DNA from: Scyliorhinus canicula
Lineage: Eukaryota
Assembly (NCBI RefSeq): GCF_902713615.1
Contig: NC_052166.1
Span: forward strand, 64,814,406 to 64,878,405
Length of the DNA stretch: 64,000 nt
Direction of reading: 5' to 3'
Shown here: positions 1 to 14,402 of the stretch, in pieces
Numbering within the stretch: position 1 is the stretch's first letter
How the letters are laid out: each line of letters begins with the position of its first letter
The notes under the pieces: model-generated
What the model saw: the letters and a program-made list of their open reading frames with translations, nothing else
Told to the model about the DNA's origin: nothing
Database searches by the model: none
Program-made: the position numbers and the translations under genes

Positions 1-424
1 GAGGGAACACAATGACTTTAAGTGAGAAGGCCACTCCATCAGGCTCTATCAAGACATGACTTCTTGTTGGGTTGAATTCATAAAAGTGAATTCTTGTGAT
101 TTTGCAAGAGACCCATTTACGGGTCTAGGCTACGCAAGGGGTCGATGGGGCAGGTCTTTTATTCGGGGGGGAAACCTACGCAGACACGGGGAGAACGCAC
201 TGACAGTGACCCAAGCTGGGTATCGAACCTGGGATCCTGGCGCAGTGAAGCAACAGTGCTAGCCACTGTGCTACCATGCCGCCCGTGGGACCACATGAGA
301 ACAATCCCAGCTAGGAGGAGGATAGTCTAGTCAACTGTGAGAAAGGCTGGAGTGAGGTTGAAAAGGACTAGGAGGGGGTAGTTCACCTCTGTCACAGTCA
401 TGCAGGATGTCCTTTGTGACTTTG

Positions 425-700
425 GGAACGTAGGAACAGGAAGAGGCCATTCAACCTCTGGAACCATTCAATGAGATCATGGCTGATCTGTGACCTAACT
501 CCATATACCTGCCATTGACCCATATCCCTTAATATCTTTGCTAAACAAAAATCTATCTCAGATTTAAAATTAACAACTGTTCTAGCTTCGATGGCTCAAT
601 TTGTGGCAGTTTTGAACCTCTACCATCCTTTGAGTGAACAAGCGCTTCCTAGTCTGGCCCTAATTTGTAGACTATGCCTTCTATTTTTAGGTAGTTTACT
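425..700 (-). mobile_element. CR1-type LINE 3' fragment
   Basis: aggccattc...cattcaatgagatcatggctgatct = reverse-complement CR1 tail motif. Confidence 0.65.
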
Positions 701-747
701 TTTATCTCCCCTTATCTCCCCTTTCTTTCCCTATTAATATACTTGGA

Positions 748-1087
748 TCATAGAATTTGCAGTGCAGAAGGAGGCCATTCGACCCATCGAGTCTGCACCG
801 GCTCCTGGAAAGAGCACCCTACCCACGGTTAACACCTCCACCCTATCCCAGTAACCCCACCCAACACTAAGGGCAATTTTGGACACTAAGGGCAATTTAT
901 CATGTCCAATCCACCTAACTTGCACATCTTTGGACTGTGGGAGGAAACCGGAGCACCCGGCGGAAACCCACGCACACACGGGGAGGATGTGCAGACTCCG
1001 CACAGACAGGGACCCAAGTCGGAATCGAACCTGGGACCCTGGAGCTGTGAAGCGATTGTGCTATCCACAATGCTACCATGCTACCCA
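748..1087 (-). mobile_element. HE1/V-SINE-type tRNA-SINE with CR1-like tail (type A)
   Basis: tRNA A/B-box head, central GGTGGATTGG..CATG.TAAATTGCCC domain, CR1-like tail. Confidence 0.85.
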
Positions 1088-1180
1088 GACTTTGATCAGA
1101 ACACCCTTAACCGTTCAAATTCTTGCAAAAACAGGCCTAATTTGGTGTAAACTCTCCTCCTAACTTAACCCCTGTAGTTT

Positions 1181-1490
1181 AGGGTGGCACGTTCCCAGTG
1201 GTTAGCACTGTTGATTCACAGCATCAAGGACCTGGGTTCAATTCCAGTCTTGGATGACTGTCGGTGTGGAGTCTGCATGTTCTCCCCGTGTCTGTGTGGG
1301 TTTCCTCCCACAGTCCAAAGATCTACAAGTTAGGTGAATCGGCCATGCTAAAATTGCCCCTCAAGTGTCCAGCGATTAAGTGGTGGTACTGGGTTACGGG
1401 GATAGATTGGGGGCCTTTTCAGAGGGTCGTTGCAGACGCGATGGGCCAAATGGCCAAATGGCCTACTGCACTGTATGGATTGTGTGTATG
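1181..1490 (+). mobile_element. V-SINE type A, diverged
   Basis: Same head/central/tail modules; inverted relative to the 748-1087 copy. Confidence 0.75.
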
Positions 1491-2346
1491 ATTTTCTTGT
1501 AAAGTTACGTTGCTCTCACTCCAGGGCCAAAATACCCCCAATGGTACCCCAACCTGCTCACAGTGACTCCAAAGTGGGGTCTAACCAGAGGTTTTTCTAT
1601 AGCAGCAGCATAACTTTGATAAGAGCCTATTTGGATCTGTGGCCAAGGCTGAAACCTGATTTTGACAGATTCAAACATGGGAGTTCCAGGAAAGATGGGC
1701 ATGATTTTAGTTTGTTACAACAAACTCGACAATGTCAGCCAAGAGCTGACAATCTAGGGTGAGAGAGGTGGTGGTGAGAGAGAGCTGGCAGGCTGAAACG
1801 TTCATGTGGAACCTGCTTGAGCTGACAGTTTTTGGAAGTCAAATGTTTCACTTTAACAGCTGACAGGTCATTTGTGGTTCAGTACAGAGTACTGGCAGCT
1901 TGGTTGATGGTAGAAAACTTCAGGTGCAGCTTTAAATTTACAGTTCCAAATGTTTGGCAAAGTGCAACTGTGTTGTTTAGTTCATACATTTTAACTGCTG
2001 GAAATGATTATAGGTCCTCTTTCTCTGTTGCCATGCTTCGCCAGTCGTGTATGTTCAGTTTATTCCATTGTTTTTTTAGCCACTGCCACATAAGCACTCT
2101 CTCACTGTACTTTCTGGGAATGTTGTGTGATGTGTAGATATCTGTCCAGCATGATTTCTCTGCTGATGCAGTTTTCTTATGTTGCCCATTTCGGGAGGGG
2201 GGGGGGGGGGAAGAGTGATATCCAGTCCCATATTTAGAAAGATTTAAGATGATCTCGAGTGAATCAATAAGAGGGCACGTGAGATTGAAAGACAATCAAA
2301 GCTGTTGTGCTGTTTTCACAGGCTCTGGCCTAAATTTCTCTGGTAG

Positions 2347-2541
<195 letters not shown>

Positions 2542-2799
2542 TGAAATCGGATTCAAAATATCTAGACCTTTGGGTGGATGTTTAAAACGTTCTTATAATC
2601 CTGTGGATTATTCGAACAGGGGGTAGAAGAATTCTTTTGTCTAGCTAATATTCCTCCCATCAGCAAAAACAGGTCCCTTATTTCACTAATAAAACAGAAT
2701 GCTGGGGGACGGGAACGAGACCTCCTCCGTTTTGAGGCACCTCCTCACAGGTTAAACTTCAGTGAAATAAAGGGTAACCACAGCTGTTAAGGCCACCTC

Positions 2800-3113
2800 C
2801 CAGAATACCTACGGTACAAAAGGAGGCCATTCGGCCCATCAGGTCTGCACTGACCTGAAAGAGCACCCCACCCAGGCCCACTCCCCCACTCTATTCCCAT
2901 AACTCTGCAACCCCAATTAACCATTGGACACCAAGGGGCAATTTAACACGGCCAATCCACCAAACCTGCACATCTTTGGACTGTGGGAGGAGATTGGAGC
3001 ACCCGGAGGAAACCCACGCAGACGGGGGAGGAATGTGCAAACTCCACACAGTCAACCAAGGTTGAAATCAAACCCTGGCGCTGTGAGGCAACAGTGCTAA
3101 CCACCGTGCCACC
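2800..3113 (-). mobile_element. V-SINE type A
   Basis: Same modules. Confidence 0.8.
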
Positions 3114-3785
3114 TGTGGCGTTGATAAACAGCAGTCCTCGTGTTGTTAGTGGGATCCGGTGATTGCTTGCTGTGTATTTGGCAACACGACAAGAGTGACT
3201 GCTCTTCAAAAATGAAATATCCTTTTTGGCTATGAAAGACAGGTCTAACTTTTTTTTTTAGGTTTAAAAATACAGATCTTTCTTTTCCAGGTAATTAGCC
3301 AAAACCTAGTATTCGCTAGTATATCTCAACAAGTTGCTTCATTTTGTTTGAAAGCACCAACACTTTCCTGAAACACCACCTATTTTTGGAGCTATTTTTT
3401 TTAATGACTTGCTGCAGATGGCTTGCTGTACGGACTGTGTACTGCTGACCCACTGAAAGGATGCTGCACTGTGATCAGCTCCATGCCACCAGCAAAATAC
3501 AAGCAACGTGCTGACAAACGTGCAAAGATATTATCGAAATAACGGGGAGCATGAGTAATTGCACAGAGTTGAGATATCTTTGGGACTCGGATGACTTCTA
3601 ATATTTTGGTCTGAGTTTCTCCTGAATCTGGATGATATTGCTGCCTTTTAATGATTTGACTAGCCATTATTTAATTTTGTTGAAATGCTATTACCCTTGC
3701 ATTCTGAAAGCTACTTTAAAAGTAACAATAGCCTTTTTAAATAGAAGTTTTGTCCAGTTTCTTACGAAACTTTTTCTCTTCGCAG

Positions 3786-3832
3786 GTCACCATAGGCATG
3801 CAACTGTTGTCAGGAGATCCTTGTTTCAAAAC
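3786..3832 (+). CDS. FAM102A: FAM102A/EEIG1 coding exon
   Basis: cgcag|GTC...AC|gtaagt; 47 nt; VTIGMQLLSGDPCFKT. Confidence 0.95.
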
Positions 3833-5574
3833 GTAAGTGTTTCAGCAATGATTACCCTAGCTTTGCGTATGAATTCAATACGGTTACAGCTGGATACACA
3901 CAGATAATAAAAACAGCACGACTTGTATTTTTCGAGATGTTGATGTGATTCAACTAATTGCTCTGTCTCAAACTTTTATTTTGAGGTTTTGGGTTTAGGT
4001 GTACTTTGGAAATTGATGCTGGATTGCCAGCAGAGTAAATGCTCCATGCCGATCCAATTCCGAGCGTCCGTTTCCTCGATTCGCGTTTACCACTGTCTCG
4101 GGCGTCGGGTACTGACACGAGATTTGTCGTCAGCCTGATTCAGTCAGATGAAACAGGACATGCTGGGAGGTCTGTAGGAAGCTGCCTTGTGTCTCTTGTC
4201 CCTGTCTGGATGCAGGAAAACCCAGAAGGGGAACATGGCAGAGAAACATTTACTCCTTTCCACCCCAGTACAGCATTGACAGTTTGAAGATAGGAACTTT
4301 GAGCATCAGTCCTATACTGTACAATTTTTAAAGTCTTAATAATGCAGTTTAACGGTGGTAGGGCTCTTCAAAGGAGTATTTTCTTGACTTCTCACAGGAA
4401 CTCAAACAAATACCCAACATGTGTCCAGTGAAGAATTCTGAATGAATAAAGTTTGACTTCGCCGGTGTATCTCATTCCCTGCCCACTCCCCTCCAAATAA
4501 AACATCTGAAGGGATAAAATTGCTAAAATATGTCGGCATCGGGTGATGTTGTGTAAACTGTTAACTGTGAGGAGGCAGTAAAATGGCACTAAAAGTTTTT
4601 AAATGATTTTACATAAGCGCTTAAAACTGCTGAAGACTTGTCAGGGCAAAGCAATGAAACAGTACCTGGTGGTGATTCGTCCCAAGTCTAGTCAAATGTG
4701 TTATGGATGGGTTCAATTTGTATTAGTTGCTGAGCAATTGAAACTGTGAAGTAATTATTTTATTTGGTGTGAAATATTTCCATGTTGGGAGTTTCTAAAA
4801 AATGGCCTGCCCTTTTCCTCTGGGATCCATATTAAAACTTTATTTCATGCCAGGTTGAATTTTGACTCTGCATACGTTAAACGGCAACAGTTTATCAGTT
4901 TTAAAACTTTTTGCCAGGAGCAGTTGCTTTTTCCAGCGGAGAAGGCGAAGGGGAGATTTTTTTTTTCGTAAAATCTGTACAAGTGAAATGCTCATAAGAG
5001 TTCCCAACCCGTGTGGATTTGACTGGCTGGATCATGGGTTGTGAATCAGATTCTCCGATTTGTTGCCGTTTGAAATGGTGGATTAGGATGATGTAAAATC
5101 TGACTCTTCAAGGATTTTTGTGTGTCCACGGTAGATGAACTCTATGGGTAACCCAAGGCGTTGCCTTGTGTGGGCCGAGAGATTCCGAAATGGTGGTGCT
5201 TTCGGAATGCAACATGCTCTGCAAACTACAGGACTACGTTTTAAACAATCCTACGACTTGGTAACTTCCTGTGTGGGTTAGTTGCTTTCCAAAAATAACC
5301 AATGAAGTCAGTGAAGCTGCACATTGTTACTCTCCGTACCAAGTGTGGACATCCTACAATGTCATAACTAGTTTAGCTTGTCTTTTTTAAAGAGAAGTCT
5401 TAAACTCCGCTTCTCCTGAGCTTTGGCAAACCTCTCGACGGAATATTATTGAAGCATTGAGCTGATTGCAGATCGGAGGTAACTGTTGTGTTTCAGCAAG
5501 GTGGGCGATTCCCAACTGCTCTCTGAAGTGGCCCAACAAGCGACTCCATTGCCATAAAGGCAGCCCACCGCCTT

Positions 5575-5802
5575 TTTTTAAAATTAATTTAGAATACCCA
5601 ATTATTTTTTTTTCCAATTACGGGGCAATTTAGAGTGGCCAATCCATCTACCCTGCACATTTTTGGGTTGTGGGGGTGAAACCCACGCAAACACGGGGAG
5701 AATGTGCAAACTCCACACGTACAGTGACCCAGGGGCGGGATTGGAACCCAGGTCCTCAGCGCCGTAGGCAACAATGCTAACCACTGCGCCACCGTGCTGC
5801 CC
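5575..5802 (-). mobile_element. V-SINE type B (short, A-rich tail)
   Basis: Tail ...AATTGGGTATTCTAAATT; TSD CCCACC(G/A)CCTTTTT. Confidence 0.85.
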
Positions 5803-6715
5803 CTCCCACCACCTTTTTGAGGACACTTGGGGATGGGCAATAAATACCAGCCTTGACAATGATGCCAACATCCCACGAGCAAAGCAGGTTGCTCTGTCTT
5901 TGTAGAGTAGCATTGACCTCCTGGATGACATTTCAAAGGTTTCATATCTGTTTTGTATTGATTCCTATTCTTTGCTAAGTAACTCCTTCAAGTAATTGTG
6001 CTTTTCTTGCATAAATCTTTTCTGAGAATATTGACGAGATGGTGCACAGTGGATGGTTCCGCACATAGATTTCCGAGAAACGAGGCAATCAAACGTGATG
6101 GCAAACATTTCTTGGTGGGGGTTTTGCCAGCAAAGTTTGTCAAGAGTCAAAGAATCTGTTACTGCTGCGTGATAGATTAACCTCTGACACCACTCTCTCC
6201 TTAAATGCACACTCAATAAATTTGACAATAGCTGGTTGACATCCAGCCAGTGGTGTTGGGTGACATTTTTCGGATATGTATGGACATCAGTTGTTCAAAT
6301 GATGAACTAAATACTAGAAATGCACTTCAGTATTTGTCTTGTTGGCATAGTGATATCGGTGAAATGCAATGGAGTTGGACCAGCTGAACTGGATCAAATG
6401 TGCTTCGTGTTGCACTATGCACATACTGGTTGGTCTGCTCGCTGGAGCATTTGGAAAAGTTACTTTTGACTTATTGGCGCTCCTTCAGTTAATGGAGATT
6501 GTGAAGAGCGGATTCAATTCTGTGATTATTTTTGCCTCACAAATAAATATATTATTCGAAACCCTCACTTCTGCCAGTAAACTGCAAGTAATTGAACGAG
6601 GACTGCGAAGGAAGCTGGTTCCTAATGTGATTAGCATCTTGAGGTTTAAGAATTTCACCCTCTCCATCCGTTAATATTTATGAGGCACTTGTATTTTTAA
6701 AAAAAAAGAGAGCTT

Positions 6716-6915
6716 GGGCGGCGCAGTGGTTAGCACTGCTGCCTCACGGCACCAAGGACCCGGGTTCGAACCTGGCCCTGGGTCATTGTCTGTGTGGAGT
6801 TTGCACATTCTCCCCATGCCTGCAAATACCAAATATGTGCAGGGTAGGTGGATTGGCCATGCTAAATTTTCCCTTAATTGGGAAAAAAGAATTGGATACG
6901 CTTTTTTTTTTAAAT
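6716..6915 (+). mobile_element. V-SINE type B
   Basis: Same modules. Confidence 0.75.
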
Positions 6916-9044
6916 AAGCTATACACCTGTCAGGGAAATATCCCTCGTGTCATAATTTGCATATTTTCTTCCATTTGGTAGGTTATATGCCATGTTTCCT
7001 TGGACCATTCCTTACTGATTATTTTAGTGTGCGACGCTCAAGTTAGGTTGTAAAGTAGCAAAGGGAACGTCATAATTTACACCGTGGCGCCGCTTAAAAT
7101 ATTAGTGTCTCAGTTTGCTGGGTCTCATAAAATTCCTGCATTTTGCTGGCATACAGTTCCATTGGTGGACAAGCCTTTGTCTAAATGGCCACTCTTCCTG
7201 TCGGCCTGGGCAGTCAGTGGGTTTGGTGACCATCCCACTTTGCCCCAGGCGGCATTGTGTTTGGTTCAGTGAGACATTGAACAGCTTAATTTCCCTCCTG
7301 AATCACTGGGGATTGTCCACCCGTTTTTCTCTCTCATAAGATGTAGGAGAATAAGTAGACCATTCGGCCCATCGTGTACCATCACCACCCTATTTCTGCT
7401 CTTGCTTATTGGAACTCAGTCACTCGCCATTCTTTGACTGATAGAAAGGAGACATTATACTTTGATGTGTGAACATCAGAGCTGGTTGTAAGGAGCTTCT
7501 AATAGGTTGAAACATCCTTATTTATCCTCTCTTCTCTTCACCCCCCTCCCCCTCTCTACCCCCCTATTCATTTGTGCCTGCAACGCCCCAGTTGATCAAA
7601 GTTTTTGAGGTTGGGAGTTGACGTGAAGATGAGTGCCCAATATGTATGATTCACCAATTATGGTGAGCTTTGAACGTCAGCAGTCAAAACTAAACTAAAA
7701 CAATTGTTCTTTGTTGAGGTCGTAACTGTGGCAACAGTCAGAAGTTTTACAGCACCAAACGTTATGCAAAGCATTGCCAAGACTGCATTGCTGAAGGGTG
7801 ACTGAAGACTATTCTTTCCAATCTGTGTATGTAACAAACTGAAGAAAATCTATTGTGCAACCACCTGAAAAGTCAGTGTAATATCGCAAAAAGATTGAAG
7901 AAGCCACCAACTTCACAATACTTTGTAACCGCAGAAAGAATGGCCTTTCTTGAAAGGCCAGCCGTTTGGAGATTGTGCTCATGCCTGACCCTAAAGGAGG
8001 CTTCAAAATGGAGAGCAATGCTTTATAAAAAAAAAAAGCAACGTTGAAAATTTCAAACCTCTGTACTAGCGGCAGATGGTGAGAGTGCCCTCTGGCATCT
8101 CGCTCAACCTTATTTTCTTGTCCCATCGAACATTGGAATTTTGTACACAATCAAAATGTTTAGGGTTCCTGTTGACTAGCTGTGTATGGTGCCGAACTAT
8201 ATAGAGCAAGAAAATCCTGGCTCTGATGCTGAATGTGTGTGGATGTGGATAAGGACTGGGTGATGGGTGGCCAATGCAGGCTTCAATGTTTTTTTTAAAA
8301 ACTTCTTGGGCAACTAATTGGGGTGGCGGTGAGGATTGCCATCTCCGTGGAACTTTGTGGCCCATTAATAATTTCAGAAGAGGTGAAAACTGAAATTGCG
8401 GAGAGAGTGGCTCAATTACGTTCTGTAACAGATCTTGCTATTCTTTTCCTGGATGTATTGACACCTTATTTGGGCATGACAGCCTGTCTATGTGACTCTT
8501 GCTACTTCTAGCCTTTAAGAGCAATTGACTGCAGACTGTTTTGAATCCACCACACCTGGATTTACCTGAAATCCACGCTCAGCTCCTGCAATTGTCATTA
8601 ATCTCATTCTCGCTGTACTATTTTTTTTTTTTCTGTCTCATCAATTAAGCCTCTACTTTTCAGGATCTTTTTAGTCCACTTTGAACCTGTGGGTGTGGGG
8701 TTCCTCGCGAGTGTGGCTCGGCTGGTTTGGATTTAAAGTGACTGAGCCATTGGGATGATCGTGTGCTCGTGCCCTTGGAAGTGGGGCTGGGAACTCTCAA
8801 CCATAATCTGGTTTGAAGGGCTCAGTGCTGCCACTGAGACCAACGCTGGCAGCAGTTCGGACCACACTGCCAATTGGACCAAATTGGCTGTGTTTGTACG
8901 CAGCCGTGGCAAAATACTAACAGACAGCCAACCTGTGTCGAAGGCAACCTTTACAACAAGCAGCTTCTTGCCGCTTTGTGCTCACGATCCTCTGAAAAAT
9001 GTTACCCATTTCATTCCTGTGAAATGTTATTAGCTTCACAGCGC

Positions 9045-9240
9045 AGTCTGGTTTAGCACAGGGGCTGGTTTAGCACAGTGGGCTAAACAGCTGGCTTGTA
9101 AAGCCGAACAAGGCCAGCAGTGCGGGTTCAATTCCCGTACCAGCCTCCCCGAACAGGGGGCGGAATGTGGCGACTAGGGGCTTTTCACAGTAACTTCATT
9201 TGAAGCCTACTTGTGACAAGCGATTTTCATTTCATTTTCA
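9045..9240 (+). mobile_element. tRNA-SINE type D (different head, (TTTCA)n tail)
   Basis: Near-identical copies at 14212 and 46298. Confidence 0.8.
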
Positions 9241-9859
9241 GTCATGACTGCTGTTGAGGTTAATTTGCTATAAACGTTTCCATTGCACTCACTGGGCAAT
9301 ATTACTTTTGCAGTTAGAAAATCTCCATTTTGTTTCACTGTGTCAGCATTGTGTGTGAGAATACAGTGTGTGTGTGCTGCCCTCTGGTGCCTGTAGCTAT
9401 CTGGGCTATTTTCAACATCAAGATTTGACCAAGGTGCTCAAGATCACGGGTGACCTGATCAGAGAAGATGAGGAGAAACCATTCCCAGCGGCAGAAGAGT
9501 CGCGAATCAAAGGAAGCAATGGCGACCTGAGGAAATACCCTTTTTACACAGAGGATTAGGATCGGGAATGCTCTGTCAGTGTGTGTAGCGAAGACTGATA
9601 CAGTCAAGCCGTTCAAAAGAGAACTGGCTAATTGCCCGAAGAGAGAGAAAATTGCAAGGTATTGGAGAAGAGGCAGAGGAGTGGGTCTATTTGAGAGAAT
9701 CTTTCACAGAGCTGGCACCAATACAATGGACCGGATGCTCGTCTCTTGTGCTGTAACAACTCCATGATTCTATGAATATCGTCATCTTCGTAATTTGATT
9801 GATACAGATGAGGGTAGCCAAGTTCGGGAGAGTTACAGTAGCTTGGTGATTGTAGTACC

Positions 9860-10532
9860 AACCAGACCAGTAATCCAGAAGCATGAACGAGTGACCTGGG
9901 GAGTATGAGTTCAAAGGCAGCAGAGGGAACTTAAATTTCAATGAATAAGTAAGTTAGGGATTTTTTAAAAAACTCACCCATCCATCACAGTGACCATGAA
10001 ACAACTGGATTGTTGTAAAATCTCATGTGGTTCACTAATATCCACTTTTAAGGAAGGAAATCTGATGTCCTTAACTTTGTCTGGCCTACATGTGATTCCA
10101 GGCCCAAAGCAGTGTGGTCGACTCCATTGTCATAGAATTCCGACAATGCAGAAGGAAGCCATTAGGCCCATTAAGTATGCACCAACCCACTGAAAGAGCA
10201 CCCTACCTAGGGTCAGGCCCCCACCCTATCCCTGTGATCCAACCTAACCTTTTGGACACTAAGGGGCAATTTAGATTGGTCAATCCACCTAACCTGCACA
10301 TCTTTGGGAGGAAACTGGAGGAAGCCCACGCAGACACGGGGAGAATGTGCAAACTTCACACACAGCCACTCGAGGCTGGAATTGAACACGGGTCCCTGGT
10401 GCTGAGGGAACAATGCTAACCACTGTGCCAGCGTGCTGTCCTTTGAAATTGTCCAGCAAGCAATTTAGTTGTGCTGGTGGCAATTAGAGATGGGCAATAC
10501 GTGGGCACCCGTATCTCATGAATGAATGAAAC
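9860..10532 (+). mobile_element. Older SINE with (TGAA)n L2-like tail, interrupted by a minus V-SINE type A (10130-10440)
   Basis: agtaatccaga...gttcaa head, related fragments near 5520-5885 and 50340-50445, ends catgaatgaatgaa. Confidence 0.6.
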
Positions 10533-10669
10533 AAAGCTCTTTGGCTCATCATTCCAGTTAATGTGAATTTCCCTCCCGTTTCAGCCCCCAGCTTCCAGGA
10601 TCTTTCATGATTAAATTGAGGACGGAAAATTTGAAATTTAGAACCAAGGATTTTGGAGAAAGAAAAGCC

Positions 10670-11763
10670 GGTTTGCCCCAGGGAGCATGGACAGGGGGTT
10701 CCGGTTATGGCGGAGAGCGGGGATTGAGAGGATGGGGGATATGTTCATAGAGGGGAGCTTTCCGGGTATGAGGGTGTTGGAGGAGAAGTTTGGGTTGGCG
10801 AGGGGAAACAAATTCCGGTATCTGCAGGTGCGGGACTTCCTACGTAAACAGGTGTCAACCTTCCTGCTCCTACCGCTAAGGGGGATTGGGTAGGGGAGGA
10901 GAGTGTCTCGGACATTTATAAGGAGCTTATGGGGTCGGAGGAGACGCAGCCCGAGGAGCTGAAGCGCAAGTGGGAGGAGGGCAGCACGGTAGCATGGTGG
11001 TTAGCATAAATGCTTCACAGCTCCAGGGTCCCAGGTTCGATTCCCGGCTGGGTCACTGTCTGTGTGGAGTCTGCACGTCCTCCCCGTGTGTGCGTGGGTT
11101 TCCTCCGGGTGCTCCGGTTTCCTCCCACAGTCCAAAGATGTGCGGGTTAGGTGGATTGGCCGTGCTAAATTGCCCGTAAATTGTCCTCAAAAGTAAGGTT
11201 AAGGGGGGGTTGTTGGGTTACGGGTATAGGGTGGATACGTGGGTTTGAGTAGGGTGATCATTGCTCGGCACAACATCGAGGGCCGAAGGGCCTGTTCTGT
11301 GCTGTACTGTTCTATGAGGAGCTGGGAGGTGAGATAGAGGATGGCCATGTCCAAGGTGTTAAAAACAAGGGTGGCGCTGAGTCCAGAGGTGGCAATTTTC
11401 GGGGTATCAGAAGATCCAGGAGGAGAAAAAGAGGCCGACGTTCTGGCCTTTGCTTCCCTGGTAGCCCGGAGACGGATACTATTAGCTTGGAGGGACTCGA
11501 AGCCCCCCAAAGTCGGAGACATGGCTAGCTTTCTCTGTTTGGAGAAAATCAAGTTTCCGTTTGCCGATTTCTTTGCGTGAAATTAATCGTCAGCCGACCC
11601 GGGGGGGGGGGGTGGTGGTTAGAGTAGGGGGTCAATGAGGGTGGGACCTGTACGAGAGGTAAATGGCTTTTGCACTATGTTTGTGGTTCATGTATATTGT
11701 TTATTTTGTTGTTACTATGTTACTATACCAAAAATACCTCAATAAAATGTTTATTTAAAAAAA
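10670..11763 (+). mobile_element. L1-clade LINE 3' fragment (ORF2 C-terminal region), internally deleted and interrupted by a SINE
   Basis: ...LEEKFGL...FRYLQVRDFLRK and ...LVARRRILLAWRD..PP; ends AATAAA + A-rich tail; clearly related to the 37376 copy. Confidence 0.8.
10979..11316 (+). mobile_element. V-SINE with alternative CR1-like tail (type E) inserted in L1
   Basis: Tail gagggccgaagggcctgttctgtgctgtactgttctatg; second copy at 39117-39298. Confidence 0.85.
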
Positions 11764-12139
11764 ACATTTACTGAAGATAAGTAGCTGCCAAAAGTGCAAT
11801 GCTTTACTGACTGCTTGGCATCCAAAGGGAGCATGGAGCATTCCCAGACTCGGGAACAGATTAGAGCTCTGATTGAAGCCCCTCACCAACCCATCCTCAG
11901 TATTATTGTATGTGATTTCAGCGTGCTTCTGGCACCCAAACTTACTGCGTGCTTCTTTCTGCATTGCATGCCTGTATTCGTAGTGATGAAGTAAAGAATT
12001 TGGGGCTGAATTTTATAGCTGGTTTGAGATGCAAACGTTTCTTTAACTGCGGAATTATGAGAATTTGTTCTGTTTCTTCCTCTTCCTCCTGCTTTTGCAC
12101 AAATCTGGGTGAAGAAATAAAATAAATGTTTGCTAAAGT

Positions 12140-12420
12140 AAACAAAATACTGCAGATGCCAGAATCTGAAACAAACACCACTGTAAAAGCTCAGCAGATC
12201 TGGCAGCATCGGAAGCGAGAGAAAACATTAGCATTTTCCGAGATAGAAAATCTGTTAAATACTATATTGTAGTATACTGAAATCTCTCCCAGCTACAATA
12301 CCGTATCTCGGAGTTTTCCCCTCCCTTCTGATGATTCGAACAGACTTGAAACATTAACTCTGATTTCTCTCCCTACAGATGCTGCCAGACCTGTTTGATT
12401 TTTTTTCCTACATTTTATTT
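12140..12420. repeat. Interspersed repeat with inverted arms (ctgcagatgc..gaatctgaa family, possibly Penelope-derived)
   Basis: cagatctggcagcatc ... gatgctgccagacctg arms; related pieces near 18340-18530, 22060-22240, 36870-36975, 44310-44400. Confidence 0.5.
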
Positions 12421-12684
12421 GTTTGAAATAAATATTTGCGTTTTTTTTTTATTATCTCACTATGGGAACTTTTCACACTGAACTTATTTGCAACAGCTAT
12501 TATGTGGGCAGCACTAGCTGTCATTCTGTGCTGCCAACAACTAACTCAAATGACCGGCTTATCTCCAGTTTACACTCAGCTGTGCAGTTGGAATATGTTG
12601 CAGCTCATCAAAGAGACAGTGACTTTATTGAACCTTTCTAGATTTGCTTTGAGTTTCAGATGAGGGGACCTGGACCCTATCTGA

Positions 12685-13074
<390 letters not shown>

Positions 13075-13129
13075 TAAATGACGTGTTTTGACTAAATTAA
13101 CTTTAACCCTCTTTGCCTTCTATTCTAAA

Positions 13130-13660
13130 GCACTTCCAGCTGCTCTCCCAAATTGTACCCTCCCATCAACTTAAGGTCATCCAAAACACTTCCGCCGGTG
13201 CCTTAACTCGCACCAAGTCCCATTTTCCCATTCCTGTGCTCACTGCCCTACAGTGGCCCCGGCCAAGCAGAGCCTTGATTTTAATATTCTCATCTCTGTT
13301 TTCAAATCACTTTTCTCCACCTGCCCACAACCATGGTCTTCCCCTTCCCTACCTCTCTAATCTCATCCAACGCCACAACCCTCTGTGCTAATCTGCCCTT
13401 GAAATGTGATCTGGCATGGGTCATCAATTTTTCATTGTTTCACCATTGATGGTCATTCCTTCAGCTGCATAAGCCCCAAGCTCTGGCAGTCCTTCCATAC
13501 ACCCCTGCCTCTTTCTCTTCCTCCTTTAAGACACTCCTTTTAAGCTGCCTCTTTATCTAAACCTTTGGTCATTTGACTGAATATTTTTTTTTGGCTCGGT
13601 GTCACACTTTGTTTGATGATGTTCCTGTGAAGTTCCTTGGGGACATTGTTAAATGAAGCT
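13130..13660 (+). mobile_element. Degenerate L2-type LINE 3' fragment
   Basis: LKVIQNTSA..LTRTK...PVLTALQW resembles the L2 ORF2 C-terminus. Confidence 0.6.
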
Positions 13661-14211
13661 ACTAATGTAGCCATGTCCATCTATCTGATACAAATGAAAA
13701 TATAGTCTTACCCATAGTCATTACATTAACTAAAAAGGTTAAAGATGATCTCATGCAGCAGAGCCATAAATCTCCTTTATTTAGCCGGGGCAGACATTAC
13801 TGTTTCTCTCTCATTCATCTGGGGGATTTCTGAAATGTCGTCATCTGTACTGGATAGTCTTGATTTAGTTTGCTGCCCCGTTCGACATCCGACACAAGAT
13901 TTTCGCACTGGAAGTCCTTGGGAGATGAGAGTTCTTTTCTGTTAAGAACCCCGCTGATGTTACCTGCGAGTGTCTCAAAACCCCAAAGGATAGCTGGAAC
14001 CACTGGTTCTTGGTGTCATTTTGTTTGAAATAATGTGAGGAACAATGTCCAACCAGTCCAGTCATTTGTGTAAACAATTAATAAAGAATATTTATTAAAG
14101 TGAAAGAAAAAATAAATCACAGCAAAAGACTAAAATACACTGTGACACTGAAGTATATCAATACCTGAACACGGTTTTATCTGAAGTTACCTATTGTTTC
14201 CAAAATATACT

Positions 14212-14402
14212 GGGGCTGGTTTACCACACTGGGCTAAATCACTAGCTTTTAAAGCAGACCAAGGCAGGCCAGCAGCACGGTTCAATTCCCGTACCAGCCT
14301 CCCCGAACAGGTGCCGGAATGTGGCGACTAGGGGCTTTTCACAGTAACTTCATTGAAGCCTACTTGTGACAATAAGCGATTTTCATTTTTCATTTCATTT
14401 CA
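14212..14402 (+). mobile_element. tRNA-SINE type D
   Basis: As 9045. Confidence 0.85.
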
